64,000 bases of DNA from Alphaproteobacteria bacterium MarineAlpha9_Bin6 (GCA_002937585.1 PTKE01000001.1:5936-69935), one strand, 5' to 3'. Positions 9,636-20,607 are shown, counted from the first letter of the stretch. Program-made: numbers and translations. Notes: generated from the letters alone by a model not told the origin.

Positions 9636-11276
9636 TTACGAGACCGTGGGCAGAACGTGACCGGAAAACTCTTTCCGTAACTTTGTCTTGAGCACTTTCC
9701 CGGTCGGAGTATGGGGCAATTCCGGGACGAATACGACATCGTCCGGTGTCCACCACTTCGCGACCTTCCCTACAAAAAACTTGAGTAGTTCTTCTGGCGT
9801 TACAGTACTGCCGGACTCCCGGACCACAACCAACAACGGACGCTCATCCCATTTCGGGTGAAACACACCGATTACAGCACATTCAGCAACCCCTTCATGC
9901 TCCATCGCAACATTCTCAAGCTCGATGGAGCCGATCCATTCGCCTCCCGACTTGATCACATCCTTCGCTCTATCAGTGATTTGCATATAGCCTTCGGAAT
10001 CCAGTGTCGCGACATCCCCGGTTGGGAACCAACCGTCAGGGTCTAGTACCTCGCCGCCTTCATCCTTGAAGTAACGACTGGCAATCCACGGACCACGAAC
10101 CATCAAATTACCGAAGGCGACGCCATCGCGTGGCAACTCCAACCCGTTGTCATCGACGATTTTCATCTCCACGCCGTAAATGCCTCTGCCCTGCTTCTCC
10201 TGCAGCTTGTATTGCTCTTCCTTAGGCAACGAAAGCGAATCCTTCTTCAACACGCCGGTGGTGCCCAATGGGCTCATTTCAGTCATTCCCCAAGCGTGGC
10301 ATACCTGCACCCCGTATTCCTCTTGCAGTGTGCGAACCATGATCGGGGGCGCAGCCGTGCCGCCAATCGCTACCCGCTCTAACGTCCCAAGTTTTTTGCC
10401 AGTCTTCTTGAGATATTGGAGAATTCCCAGCCACACAGTCGGAACCGCAGCACTTACCGTGATATCCTCATTCTCAATCAGTTCAACCAGCGATTCACCA
10501 TCCAGATGCGGACCAGGAAACACCATCTTAGCGCCGCTCATGGGAGCAGCATACGGTGTGCCCCAAGCATTGGCGTGAAACATGGGCACTATCACCAACA
10601 GGCTATCTTTGTTGCAAATACCGAGCGTGTCGACAGAGGAAACACACCAACTATGGAGCACAGTAGAACGATGACTGTACAGAACACCCTTCGGATTCCC
10701 CGTAGTGCCGGAGGTATAGCAAAGAGACGATGCTGTATTTTCATCAAATGATGGCCACGCATAGTGGTCTTCATGACCGGCAATGAGGGTCTCATAACAG
10801 TGAATGTTGTCGAGTGTCGTTTCAAACATTTCCTCTTTGGCACACATTACAATAACGCCCTTCACCCCTTTAAGGCTTGGCGACAATTGTTCGACAAGTT
10901 CGATAAAGGACGAATCTATGAATAAGAATTTATCCTCCGCGTGATTGATGATGTAGATCAGCTGCTCAGTAAACAAACGAGGGTTTACGGTGTGGCAAAT
11001 ACAACCAATTCCCGATGTCGCGTAATAAACCTCAAGATGACGAAAGCTATTCCAGGCAATTGTGCCGATTCTATCTCCCGGCTCAGCTCCCAGCGACTCC
11101 AGCGCATGAGCAAGCCGCTGTGTTCTTTTATAAAGAGCCGAGTAGGTAATCCGATGAATATTCTTGTCGATCGTCCGGGTGACGATCTCCCGCTCCCCGT
11201 GATATTGCGCTGAGTATTGGATCAGTGACGAAATCAAAAGGGGCTGATCTTGGATTAAAGCCTTAAGCAGCGGCAT
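9636..11276 (-). CDS. AMP-dependent acyl-CoA synthetase/ligase (long-chain fatty acid--CoA ligase-like)
   Basis: 546 aa; AMP-binding motif [12 protein letters not shown]; conserved TGD and Lys-rich C-terminus. Confidence 0.85.
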   Translation of the reverse strand: MPLLKALIQDQPLLISSLIQYSAQYHGEREIVTRTIDKNIHRITYSALYKRTQRLAHALESLGAEPGDRIGTIAWNSFRHLEVYYATSGIGCICHTVNPRLFTEQLIYIINHAEDKFLFIDSSFIELVEQLSPSLKGVKGVIVMCAKEEMFETTLDNIHCYETLIAGHEDHYAWPSFDENTASSLCYTSGTTGNPKGVLYSHRSTVLHSWCVSSVDTLGICNKDSLLVIVPMFHANAWGTPYAAPMSGAKMVFPGPHLDGESLVELIENEDITVSAAVPTVWLGILQYLKKTGKKLGTLERVAIGGTAAPPIMVRTLQEEYGVQVCHAWGMTEMSPLGTTGVLKKDSLSLPKEEQYKLQEKQGRGIYGVEMKIVDDNGLELPRDGVAFGNLMVRGPWIASRYFKDEGGEVLDPDGWFPTGDVATLDSEGYMQITDRAKDVIKSGGEWIGSIELENVAMEHEGVAECAVIGVFHPKWDERPLLVVVRESGSTVTPEELLKFFVGKVAKWWTPDDVVFVPELPHTPTGKVLKTKLRKEFSGHVLPTVS

Positions 11277-11316
11277 CGGTCAGAACTCCATAAAAACGGA
11301 AGGTCGCATTGAATTC

Positions 11317-11326
11317 GTGACGTCAC
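11317..11326. promoter_or_regulatory. 10-bp perfect palindrome GTGACGTCAC about 40 bp upstream of the acyl-CoA ligase start
   Basis: Seen directly in the sequence; further palindromes lie in the same 170-bp spacer (GTCTAGAC at 11355-11362; CTGTC-N11-GACAG at 11376-11396). Confidence 0.25.
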
Positions 11327-11446
11327 TCTGACGGGATCACATGAGACCAAACTAGTCTAGACATTAAGTGTCAAACTGTCGCCACTGCGGAGACAGGTGA
11401 ACCAGCAGCACCAAGCAACCCTAGAATAATGTATGGAAGAAAACGC

Positions 11447-12229
11447 TTACGTAAAACGAGCTTCGACCAAGCCTAAGGTATCGAACTGTGCAATCGCAAT
11501 GTCGCCGGCTTTGGCCCATCCGAGTTCGTCACAACAACTACCCGTGGTGACAAAATCGCCAGAGACTAGTCCGTCTCCGCGCCGGGAACGATCATTGGCT
11601 AGCCAGACCAACGAATCAAGCGGATCACCGAACGCATTCGCACCAACGCCGGTACTTATCATTTCTCCATTTATGACCAATTTTACAGCGATGCCCTGCC
11701 GATCGATGCCACGCCAATCTGCAATCCCACTTCCAACGACAAACCCGGCGTGCGCACCATTATCGGCAACAATCTGAAAAATGCCGGCCTTCAAACCACT
11801 AGTATAGCGGGTATCAACCACTTCAATTGCAGGGTGCAAACTACGTACGGCATCCGCCACTTCATCACGGGCATAGACGGGGCCTGCAGGTAAATCATGA
11901 CCCAGGCAAAAAGCTACTTCCACCTCCACACCCGGTGTGAACAGATCTGCCATCGATAACTCTCCAGCACTATCCAAAATGCTAGCTTTAAACATTCTCC
12001 CGGCGAACGGTTCATTCGTTCCCAACATTGTTTGCGCTTTGACACTCGTCGCACCAACTTTCCAACCTCCGACTTGTAAGCCCAGGCGATTGATCAGAGC
12101 ATCTTGCACTTGATATGAGTCTTCGATTGTCTCCGGCCGGCATTCCACCGGCAGCGTTTCGAGACGCTGATGACTAGCGCGGGCGCCGACCAAAAGCTTA
12201 ACCGCCTGCTCAATAAATGAATTATCCAT
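11447..12229 (-). CDS. 2-keto-4-pentenoate hydratase / 2-oxohepta-3-ene-1,7-dioate hydratase family (MhpD/HpaH-like; FAH fold)
   Basis: Motifs EDSYQVQDALINRLG and GWKVGATS typical of the MhpD family; the start is probably at MDNSFIEQ (12229), while the ORF track extends to 12310. Confidence 0.7.
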   Translation of the reverse strand: MDNSFIEQAVKLLVGARASHQRLETLPVECRPETIEDSYQVQDALINRLGLQVGGWKVGATSVKAQTMLGTNEPFAGRMFKASILDSAGELSMADLFTPGVEVEVAFCLGHDLPAGPVYARDEVADAVRSLHPAIEVVDTRYTSGLKAGIFQIVADNGAHAGFVVGSGIADWRGIDRQGIAVKLVINGEMISTGVGANAFGDPLDSLVWLANDRSRRGDGLVSGDFVTTGSCCDELGWAKAGDIAIAQFDTLGLVEARFT

Positions 12230-12698
12230 GACCTCCCCCGCGAGTTCCAAAATGGACCCTATTGATACCCAAGTCACTGGTATGAGCAAACCGGTTTCTA
12301 ATTTGAGCATGCCCCGCCGGATCTCTATAGATCAACTTAATGCAAGCACCTGATCTAACCCTTCTTATCCGTCGTACTAGGTATGGACACCATCAATCGC
12401 ACGTGGTACCTGTCGGGCGCTTGGCACACTAAATGTGCGTGGGGAAAGAGTGGCTAGAAAGCAACCAGCCGGTGGTTCAACGTGTCCCTGAAGCCAGCAC
12501 TAAGATGACTGCAAAGTACGATAACACTTATATAAATTACTGCGGATTTGGTGGCACCTAGTAAAGGACTGTGGTTATATGCGCTTGGGCTGCCTAAGGG
12601 TCTCGGATTGTTCCTTGAATGAGGTAGTTGGCAGATTCGTTGGCGGCCATTTTCAAGCGCTTTTGGCAAACAGTAAACGCCATAATTGGATGACATAA

Positions 12699-14582
12699 TT
12701 GATGGAAGGTAGCTTACGCAGCTCGGACACGCCGCCGAAGGGCGGGCGCGAGAGTCGCGATTCTGTAGTTATCCGATTCGCAGGCGACTCTGGTGACGGC
12801 ATGCAACTCACCGGTAGCCAATTTGCTCTGTCGAGCGCGATTGTTGGGAATGACCTCTCAACTTTCCCTGACTTCCCTGCAGAAATTAGAGCTCCTGCTG
12901 GATCCACCTTCGGTGTATCCGCATTTCAGGTCCACTTTTCGGCACAGAACATTCTAACTCCTGGGGACGAGCCCGAAGTCCTCGTTGCAATGAACCCGGC
13001 GGCACTGAAGACGAACCTAGCCGACCTAGATCCTGGTGGAATGATTGTCATCGACCGAGATTCCTTCAGCGATAAAAATCTCCGTAAGGCACGTTACGAG
13101 GAAAACCCACTAGAAGATCAATCCCTCGAGGGCTATCGCGTTCTTGCCTTGGATATGTCGCGCCTGACCCAAGCTGCAGTCAAACCGTTCGGCCTTAGTC
13201 AAAAAGAATCACTCCGATGCAAAAACATGTGGGCGTTAGGCCTGATGATGTGGATGTATGATCGTGATCGGAAACCCACGATCGACTGGTTGCGGGAGAA
13301 ATTCGCAAATCGCTCGGAGATCGCCGAAGCCAACGTCGCCGCTCTAAATGCAGGCCACGCCTTCGGGGAAACCGCAGAGCTACCAAATCTCGGTTATGGC
13401 TATTCCGTCCCGCGTGCCGAGATCGCACCCGGCGAATACCGCGCTGTCACCGGCAGCGAGACATTGGCATGGGGTCTTGCAGTCGGGGCACAACTGGCGG
13501 ATTTAAAGTTAGTATTTGCATCGTACCCTATAACCCCAGCTTCTAACATTCTTCATATTTTAGCGGGATTAAAGGCCCAAGGTGTCGTAACATTTCAGGC
13601 AGAAGACGAAATTGCAGCTGTATGCGCCGCGATCGGTGCATCTTATGCTGGGTCCATAGGTGTGACCTCAAGTGCCGGGCCTGGCGTCGCACTGAAAACT
13701 GAGGCAATCGGCCTAGCTGTAGTAGCAGAACTGCCACTAGTTGTGGTCAACTCTCAGAGGTCGGGCCCCTCAACTGGTATGCCAACAAAAGCGGAACAAT
13801 CCGATCTATTTCAGGCAGTTCATGGTCGGAATGCGGACACTCCATTGGTTGTACTTGCGGCTCATTCGCCGGCAAACTGTTTTGAAACGGCCATTGAGTC
13901 AATTCGCTTGGCAACCAAATACATGACCCCAGTCATGTTATTAACAGACGGCTATTTAGCCAATGCCTCCGAGCCCTGGCTTATTCCTAATATCGAGAAA
14001 CTGAATACGTTTCCCGTTGAATTCCACACCAACCCGGATGGATTTCATCCATTCATGCGCGATAACGAGACACTCGCGCGTGCATGGGCGATTCCCGGCA
14101 CCCCCGGCCTTGAACACCGCATTGGTGGTCTAGAGAAAGACTACGCTACCAGCAATATTTCGTACGATCCTGCAAACCACCAACGCATGACCGAGGTTCG
14201 CGCAGAAAAGATCTCCGGAATCGCCAATGAGATCCCGTTACAGGAGGTCGCCTACGGCCCGAAGCAAGGGCCCTTAGCAGTTGTCGGGTGGGGCTCGACA
14301 TTTGGCGCAATCGAGGAGGCGGTGCATGCAGCTGCCGAGGAAGGGCTCGAGGTCGCACACATTCACATCAACTACCTCAATCCCATGCCCAAAAACATGG
14401 GTGGCCTGCTTGCCGGCTATAAAGATATCTTGGTGCCTGAAATGAACTCCGGCCAGTTGGTTAAGCTGTTAAGAAGTGCTTATCTATTACCAGCAGAAGG
14501 TCTCAATAAGGTTACGGGCCAACCGTTCAAGGTAAAGGAAATTTTGATAGCAATTCGCACCAAGCTTGGAAATTGTAAATGA
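12699..14582 (+). CDS. korA: 2-oxoacid:ferredoxin (acceptor) oxidoreductase alpha subunit (KorA-type)
   Basis: 627 aa; N-terminal VVIRFAGDSGDGMQ motif typical of two-subunit KorA; overlaps the beta subunit by ATGA. Confidence 0.8.
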   Translation: MMEGSLRSSDTPPKGGRESRDSVVIRFAGDSGDGMQLTGSQFALSSAIVGNDLSTFPDFPAEIRAPAGSTFGVSAFQVHFSAQNILTPGDEPEVLVAMNPAALKTNLADLDPGGMIVIDRDSFSDKNLRKARYEENPLEDQSLEGYRVLALDMSRLTQAAVKPFGLSQKESLRCKNMWALGLMMWMYDRDRKPTIDWLREKFANRSEIAEANVAALNAGHAFGETAELPNLGYGYSVPRAEIAPGEYRAVTGSETLAWGLAVGAQLADLKLVFASYPITPASNILHILAGLKAQGVVTFQAEDEIAAVCAAIGASYAGSIGVTSSAGPGVALKTEAIGLAVVAELPLVVVNSQRSGPSTGMPTKAEQSDLFQAVHGRNADTPLVVLAAHSPANCFETAIESIRLATKYMTPVMLLTDGYLANASEPWLIPNIEKLNTFPVEFHTNPDGFHPFMRDNETLARAWAIPGTPGLEHRIGGLEKDYATSNISYDPANHQRMTEVRAEKISGIANEIPLQEVAYGPKQGPLAVVGWGSTFGAIEEAVHAAAEEGLEVAHIHINYLNPMPKNMGGLLAGYKDILVPEMNSGQLVKLLRSAYLLPAEGLNKVTGQPFKVKEILIAIRTKLGNCK

Positions 14583-15601
14583 CAGTCACGACAAAGATTG
14601 AAAACTTAAAGCCGACCGACTTCGCCTCTGACCAGGAGGTCCGGTGGTGCCCAGGATGCGGTGATTATGCAATTCTAAAAGCGGTCCAACGAACCCTTTC
14701 TGAGGAAGGTGCACAACGCGAGAATACGGTTTTTGTTTCAGGGATCGGCTGCTCATCCCGTCTGCCATACTACATGTCGACTTATGGTTTTCATACTATC
14801 CACGGCCGTGCGCCAGCCTTTGCTACAGGGATAAAACTTACTAACCCTTCTCTTGACGTATGGGTCATCACTGGTGACGGCGATGGCCTGAGCATTGGTG
14901 GGAATCACCTCATGCATGCGCTTCGCCGCAATGTGAATTTTCAAATACTGCTCTTTAATAATGAGACATATGGCCTGACAAAGGGTCAGTATTCGCCAAC
15001 TTCAAGGCCAGGCACTCGTTCACCGTCATCGCCCTCTGGCTCAATCGATTTCCCATTTATGCCATGCGTTCTTGCACTTGGTGCTGGCGCAAATTTTGTA
15101 GCGCGAGGCGTTGACACGGCAGTCAAGGATCTAACGGAAACTTTTAAACGTGCACGTGCTTTTCCAGGAACAGCATTCGTCGAGATTTTCCAGAATTGCA
15201 TTGTTTATAATGACAAAGTTTTCGCGAACTTTACCGACCGGGATGTATCGTTGGATCTACAAGTGGTCGCTACACACGGTATGCCGTTGATGTTTGGTGC
15301 TGAGAAAAACAGAGGTTTGCGCTTTGATCCCACGCGTGTCCAGATTGAAGTTGTGGTGATTGGTGAGAATGGTGTAACCAAGGACGACATATTGGTTCAT
15401 GACGAAACCAACCGAACGCTGGCAGCACTTTTGGCAGCGATGGAACCACCAAATCACCCGATGGCTATCGGAGTTCTATACAGTAATCAGGTCGATACCT
15501 ATGAGTCCCAGGTATACGGTCAAATTGCGGCAGCCCGAAACGGCGGAGCAGACTTAAATGACGTGATCCGACGTGGTCATACCTGGAGGGTAGAAGGCTA
15601 A
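14579..15601 (+). CDS. korB: 2-oxoacid:ferredoxin oxidoreductase beta subunit (TPP-binding, KorB-type)
   Basis: 340 aa; WCPGCGDY and GIGCSS motifs; TPP-binding GDGDG; translationally coupled to korA. Confidence 0.8.
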   Translation: MTVTTKIENLKPTDFASDQEVRWCPGCGDYAILKAVQRTLSEEGAQRENTVFVSGIGCSSRLPYYMSTYGFHTIHGRAPAFATGIKLTNPSLDVWVITGDGDGLSIGGNHLMHALRRNVNFQILLFNNETYGLTKGQYSPTSRPGTRSPSSPSGSIDFPFMPCVLALGAGANFVARGVDTAVKDLTETFKRARAFPGTAFVEIFQNCIVYNDKVFANFTDRDVSLDLQVVATHGMPLMFGAEKNRGLRFDPTRVQIEVVVIGENGVTKDDILVHDETNRTLAALLAAMEPPNHPMAIGVLYSNQVDTYESQVYGQIAAARNGGADLNDVIRRGHTWRVEG

Positions 15602-15674
15602 CTTTTGGCTAATCCCTTAAAGGCAAAATCACGACGTAGGATAAACACAACACAGTTGCTCTTTTGGTCATGCA

Positions 15675-16841
15675 TTACCCTACCCGGTAACGGTCGACGA
15701 ATTCCTGATTGATAGTCACCCCAAGGCCGGGCCTGCGCGGTATATCGATAAATCCATCCTCAACAAGGAAATCCTCCTCGGCAAGTTCATGCAACATTGG
15801 ATTAGCGCCGAGAGAGTATTCGACGATGAAACCAGTCGAAGCAACCGCAGCCAAATGCAAGCCAGAGGCAAAAGTAAGTGCCCCACCCCACAAATGTGGC
15901 GCAAGCCTAATTTGATAGGCACTTGCCAAAGCCTCGATCTTGATACCTTCGGATATTCCACCTGCGATTGACAAATCAGGCTGAAAAATGTCCGCAGCCC
16001 GTCTCTCCGCAAGATCGCGAAATGCAAATCGGGTGAACTCGCTTTCACCCGTAGCAATCGGTATATCAGTCGATGCGCGGACCTCAGCCAGACCCGCTTT
16101 GTCATCAGCCGTGACAGGTTCTTCAAGCCAGCCAATATCACAATCCGCAACCCTGCGGCAAAAGCGTTTAGCCTCGCTTACATCAAAGGTGCCATGAGCG
16201 TCGCACATAATCGCTATATCCTCACCCAACCCAGCGCGTGCAGCGTGAACCCGCTTGATAGAATGAGCGAGCGTGCCATCACCAGATCCAACCCGCATCT
16301 TCACTGCCTTAAAGTTCCCTTGCTCTATAAAGCCATGCAACTCGTCGGCAATGCGATCTACGGGAGCCCAACCACCCGAGGCGTACGCAGGCATCCGTGC
16401 ATGACGTGTCCCGCCGAGTAGTTGCCAAACCGGCTCCCCGAGTGATTTCCCGAGAATGTCCCACAGCGCCATGTCAATGCCACTAATCGCGGAGACAGTG
16501 ATGCCCCGACGGCCTAAAACAGGAAAAACGTGGCCGCGCTCGATCGCATAGTGGGCACGAACGCCGTTATACATTACATCCCATAAACGAGAGATATCCC
16601 TTGCGTCCTCTCCCAAAAGCTGTGGACCAAGTTCCTGCTCAATTAAGGCACACAAAGCGTGGTTGGTGCTAGCACTGCCGACCTGTGCCTTGGCCTCGCC
16701 GTATCCAATCACTCCTGACTCGGTTTCAATCCGAATCAACGCGCTATCAAACGAATCTACCTTGCCGAAATCGCTCCGGTGCTGACGCGTTTCCGGGATA
16801 GGTACATGCAACCAGGTTGCCTTTACGGATTTAATTTTCAT
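15675..16841 (-). CDS. Enolase-superfamily enzyme (mandelate racemase / muconate lactonizing enzyme family)
   Basis: 388 aa; MR/MLE-type N-terminal capping domain plus a TIM barrel with metal-ligand acidic residues (KMRVG, MCDAHG, WLEEP); convergent with korB. Confidence 0.75.
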   Translation of the reverse strand: MKIKSVKATWLHVPIPETRQHRSDFGKVDSFDSALIRIETESGVIGYGEAKAQVGSASTNHALCALIEQELGPQLLGEDARDISRLWDVMYNGVRAHYAIERGHVFPVLGRRGITVSAISGIDMALWDILGKSLGEPVWQLLGGTRHARMPAYASGGWAPVDRIADELHGFIEQGNFKAVKMRVGSGDGTLAHSIKRVHAARAGLGEDIAIMCDAHGTFDVSEAKRFCRRVADCDIGWLEEPVTADDKAGLAEVRASTDIPIATGESEFTRFAFRDLAERRAADIFQPDLSIAGGISEGIKIEALASAYQIRLAPHLWGGALTFASGLHLAAVASTGFIVEYSLGANPMLHELAEEDFLVEDGFIDIPRRPGLGVTINQEFVDRYRVG

Positions 16842-16993
16842 TGTTTTTACGCCACTTGGCAGAATTTGAACGATTATTGTTAAATCATATATTAAATTGT
16901 AATCACTTCATCACCGAGTTGACCTGCGAACAATAGTTTTAGAAGCGCAGCACGCCTCTGCACGCCAGCGCTTTGGTTGGTATAACCCTTGTC

Positions 16994-17012
16994 GAATTTC
17001 TATAGAAAATTC
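16994..17012. promoter_or_regulatory. 19-bp near-perfect palindrome GAATTTCTATAGAAAATTC upstream of the enolase-superfamily gene
   Basis: CTATAG core with GAATTT/AAAATTC arms, about 150 bp upstream of the minus-strand MR/MLE start at 16841. Confidence 0.25.
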
Positions 17013-17055
17013 ACTCGATTCTGTGAAAACTTGTCAGTAACTTGCAACTTCCGTT

Positions 17056-17916
17056 TTAACAAACAGTGCGGAAACGCTCGACGCATACGTCCAGCACTTC
17101 GCTGGGGTCGCGCTTCCACCAATTATTCACTGAGAACACTTCGACTTCGCAATACCCAGAATAACCGGCATTCTCAACAGCTTGTCGTATAGCCTTCAAA
17201 TCCGCGACACCATCACCCATCATGCCTCGATCTAACAGCACATCGTTAGTGTCAGCGAGCCAATCACACAAATGGTACCCAGCAATCCGATCTGCGCCAG
17301 CTCGTTTCAACTCGGAAGCAAGAGAAATATCCCACCACACATGGTACACATCCACTGCAATTGTAACGAACGGATGTGCAATATCCTCACACATGTTCAC
17401 CGCGTCACGAACCGTCACGAGGCAGGAACGACTCGCCCCGTAGACGGGATGTAACGGCTCAACCGCGAGTCTCACTCCGGATGATTCTGCATATTGCGCC
17501 ATGTCTGCAACAATTGAGGCAACCTCCTTAAGGCTCTCCGTAATACTATGCGAACCTTCAATCACGCCACCGGCACAAACTGTGAGACACCTAGCACCAA
17601 GATCCGAGGCTATCTCGATTGCCAACTTAAAGTCATCGATCACTTCTTGCCTACCGCCAGGTGTGAGTGGACCGACTAAAAAAGGAGCTCGGCACAAGCC
17701 CGATACTTCAAGTCCTGCCGACCGTGTGCGTTCTCCTATTTCGAATCCCCGTTTCCCGATTTCACGCCGCCACCAAGCAATCGCCCCAAACCCTCGTTCT
17801 GCGCAAGCATCGATGATCCGTTCCGGCGACCAGCCCGCACCGCACCCCTCCATAAGGTGACCAAGTGTTGCCGTATTAAGCGCCAAATCCGAGTGATCTT
17901 CCGAGAAATTCCGCAT
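17056..17916 (-). CDS. Sugar phosphate isomerase/epimerase (xylose-isomerase-like TIM barrel)
   Basis: 286 aa; AP-endonuclease-2 / xylose-isomerase-like TIM-barrel composition; upstream of the MR/MLE gene on the same strand. Confidence 0.65.
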   Translation of the reverse strand: MRNFSEDHSDLALNTATLGHLMEGCGAGWSPERIIDACAERGFGAIAWWRREIGKRGFEIGERTRSAGLEVSGLCRAPFLVGPLTPGGRQEVIDDFKLAIEIASDLGARCLTVCAGGVIEGSHSITESLKEVASIVADMAQYAESSGVRLAVEPLHPVYGASRSCLVTVRDAVNMCEDIAHPFVTIAVDVYHVWWDISLASELKRAGADRIAGYHLCDWLADTNDVLLDRGMMGDGVADLKAIRQAVENAGYSGYCEVEVFSVNNWWKRDPSEVLDVCVERFRTVC

Positions 17917-18086
17917 GATTTATAGCCCTACCAATTGATCGCACAAGCGACTTTTTCTCAATACAACAGAGACAAAACAAGCGCCGAAGTAAGACGACAG
18001 ATTATTGAGTTTTCCGACACACTTCTACACTAGAGAGTATGACCACCGCATACCGTTTTGGTTCAGAGTGATATAGGTTTTTAAAT

Positions 18087-19763
18087 ATGGAAAACGAATT
18101 ACCAGACTTCATTGTGGTCTGATCAGGTGCCGCAGGAATGACTGCAGCGTTAACCGGCTTAATGCTTGGTCTAAAAGTTAAAATCTTAGAAAAATCAGAG
18201 GTCATTGGTGGCACTACATCGCTGTCAGCCGGATCGGTGTGGATTCCCAATTCTATGCATTCAACGCCTGGCGCCGATAGCGATAAAAAAACGAGGACCT
18301 ATCTTCGCAAGACCGTTGGAAACAGACTCAAACCGGAACTTTGTGATGCCTTTCTAAAACATGGTCCCGCCATGATCCGATTTTTATCGGACACTGATGT
18401 GAAATTTCGTGCTTACCCAAAGCACCCTGACTATTTTGCAGATGCCGAGGGAGCAACCCTATCCGGGCGTGCTTTGGAGCCCCTTCCCTTCAATGGCGCC
18501 AGCCTGGGCGCAGATTTTCATCGACTGAGAGATCCCCTGCCAGAATTTACTATCCTGGGCGGCAGGATGGTTGATCGGGATGATATTGCAAAGTTGCTCA
18601 ATGCTGCCCAGAACCTCTCATCCTTTGCTCAATCTTCACAATTGCTTGCGCGATATGTTTTGGATCGATTGAGGTTCCACCGAGGCACACGATTAGTGAT
18701 GGGAAATGCCCTCGTCGGCCGGCTTTATTCCTCCCTTCGAAAACAAGGTGTGCGTGTGGATACCGGCACGAATGTAACGGGGTTAACCAAAGAAAATAAC
18801 AAAGTTATTGGCGTAGAAATTAAAAATAATAGGCAAACAGGACTGGCACTGGCGAAACATGGAGTGATTCTTGCGTCTGGCGGGTTTTCCCGTCATCCGG
18901 AACTACGCCGATCGCTTTTGCCGGAACCACTCGCCCAATTTTCTCCTTTGCCGGAAACAATAACGGGAGATGGCGTCTCAATTGGCATAGACGCAGGTGG
19001 ATTCATTGGGAACGGACACGCAGAGAATTGTTTTTGGACCCCTGTCTCGGTTCGAAAACGAAAAGACGGATCCATGACCGTCTTTCCGCATTTTGTCTTG
19101 GACCGGGGAAAACCAGGCTTAATCGCGGTTGATCGAAATGGCAGGAGATTCGTTAGCGAGGCAACGGACTACCATTCGTTCGGAAAAGCAATGTATGCAA
19201 ACAAAACTAGAGGAACAATTCCCTGTTATTTCGTTTGTGATTACAACTTTATCCAGAAATATGGCCTCGGCATGGTTCGCCCTCGCGCGTCAAATCTCTC
19301 GAATCTTGTATCGGAAGGGTATGTTGTAAAAGGAGAGACAATCACCGCTCTCGCCAAGGAACTGAGGATTGATAGTCATGGCCTGTTGGCGGAGGTGAAA
19401 ACTCAAAATGAATATGCACAAAGCGGGGTCGATACAGAATTTGGCAACGGTCGCAACTCGTACGAACGTAACCTTGGAGATCACAGGCATAGGCCTAATC
19501 CCTGCCCTGGCCCCATCAAAAAACCACCATTTTTTGCGATCAAAGTCTATCCCGGGGATTTAGGGGCGAGTATTGGCCTTGTGACCGATAAAAATGCCCA
19601 AGTCATTAAGTCAGGCAATGGACCAATATCTGGACTTTACGCCTGCGGAAGCGATATGGACTCCATGATGGCCGGTGTCTACCCAGGGCCAGGAATTACA
19701 ATTGGACCAGCAATGACGTTCGGTTATATCGCCGCAAAACATATCGCAGGCAACATATCATGA
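18087..19763 (+). pseudogene. FAD-dependent oxidoreductase (KstD / fumarate-reductase-flavoprotein-like) with in-frame TGA inside the GxGxxG FAD-binding motif
   Basis: Upstream of the ORF-track start (18138) the same frame reads MENELPDFIVV-TGA-SGAAGMTAALTG; TGA (18120-18122) occupies the first Gly of the dinucleotide-binding motif; downstream GGTTSLSAGSVW is typical of this family. Confidence 0.5.
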
Positions 19764-19904
19764 CGTTCTTGGGATACCCAGAATGGCAACCCAATAAGCG
19801 GCAGATCGCTACGCTTACCCGTAACCTCGAAGGTTCCATCACTCATTTATGATACAATCTACAATACGTTGTTGTGATCTAAATAAAGATAGGGATCAGG
19901 TTAG

Positions 19905-20606
19905 TTGACGGCAGACAATTACCCTCCAGACAATGCGGCCGGTCAACCAGACAATGCTGCTCCGACTTATCGCTCGACTCAAAAACGAGCGCCTTCTATT
20001 CCCCCGGTCGTGGTCCCCGCAACTCTGGGTGAACTCTCCAAACCATTGTTCGGGCACAACAATCTCACTGAGAATGACTCTGATCTCACACGTCAACATA
20101 ATGCCAAACCACAAGGTGAGCGCATTATTGTTGCTGGAAGGTTACTTGACGAAGGATTGCGCCCAGCGTCGGGGCATCTGATAGAGATATGGCAAACCAA
20201 TGCCGCCGGTCGCTACATTCATGCGGCTGACCAACATGACGCGCCACTCGATCCCAATTTTACCGGCGCCGGCCGAACTGTAACGGATGCAGACGGATGG
20301 TACCGATTTACGACCGTAAAACCTGGTGCATATCCGTGGGGAAATCACACGAATGCGTGGCGACCTGCCCACATTCATTTTTCACTATTTGGCCCCAGTT
20401 TCCTATCTCGACTGGTCACACAAATGTACTTCCCCGCGGATCCACTTTTGGCGCTCGATCCAATTTTGCAATCAGTAGCTGACGCAACAGAACGTGCCCG
20501 CTTGATCTCAATATTGGACTTTGATCTCACCCAACCCGGATGGGCACTTGGATACCGTTTCGACATCACTCTTCGTGGAAACAACCAGACCCCCACTGAG
20601 AGCTAA
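19905..20606 (+). CDS. pcaH: Protocatechuate 3,4-dioxygenase beta subunit
   Basis: 233 aa; TTG start with an AGGGA RBS; strong match to PcaH core (GRLLDEGLRPASGHLIEIWQTNAAGRYIH, AHIHFS). Confidence 0.85.
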   Translation: MTADNYPPDNAAGQPDNAAPTYRSTQKRAPSIPPVVVPATLGELSKPLFGHNNLTENDSDLTRQHNAKPQGERIIVAGRLLDEGLRPASGHLIEIWQTNAAGRYIHAADQHDAPLDPNFTGAGRTVTDADGWYRFTTVKPGAYPWGNHTNAWRPAHIHFSLFGPSFLSRLVTQMYFPADPLLALDPILQSVADATERARLISILDFDLTQPGWALGYRFDITLRGNNQTPTES

Positions 20607-20607
20607 A

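Noticed and set aside
11311-11365. EcoRI, AatII, SpeI and XbaI sites clustered in 55 bp, as a possible cloning-vector or BioBrick scar
   Set aside because: The arrangement does not match standard prefix or suffix sequences. The flanks are contiguous native genes with intact reading frames. The sites are more likely regulatory palindromes.
18120-18122. Possibility that TGA encodes glycine (the SR1/Gracilibacteria code), which would explain the in-frame TGA at a conserved Gly
   Set aside because: Many genes in the window terminate with TGA at family-typical C-termini (aminotransferase at 1010-1012, the amidase, and others). The standard code therefore applies, and the TGA is a real stop or an error.
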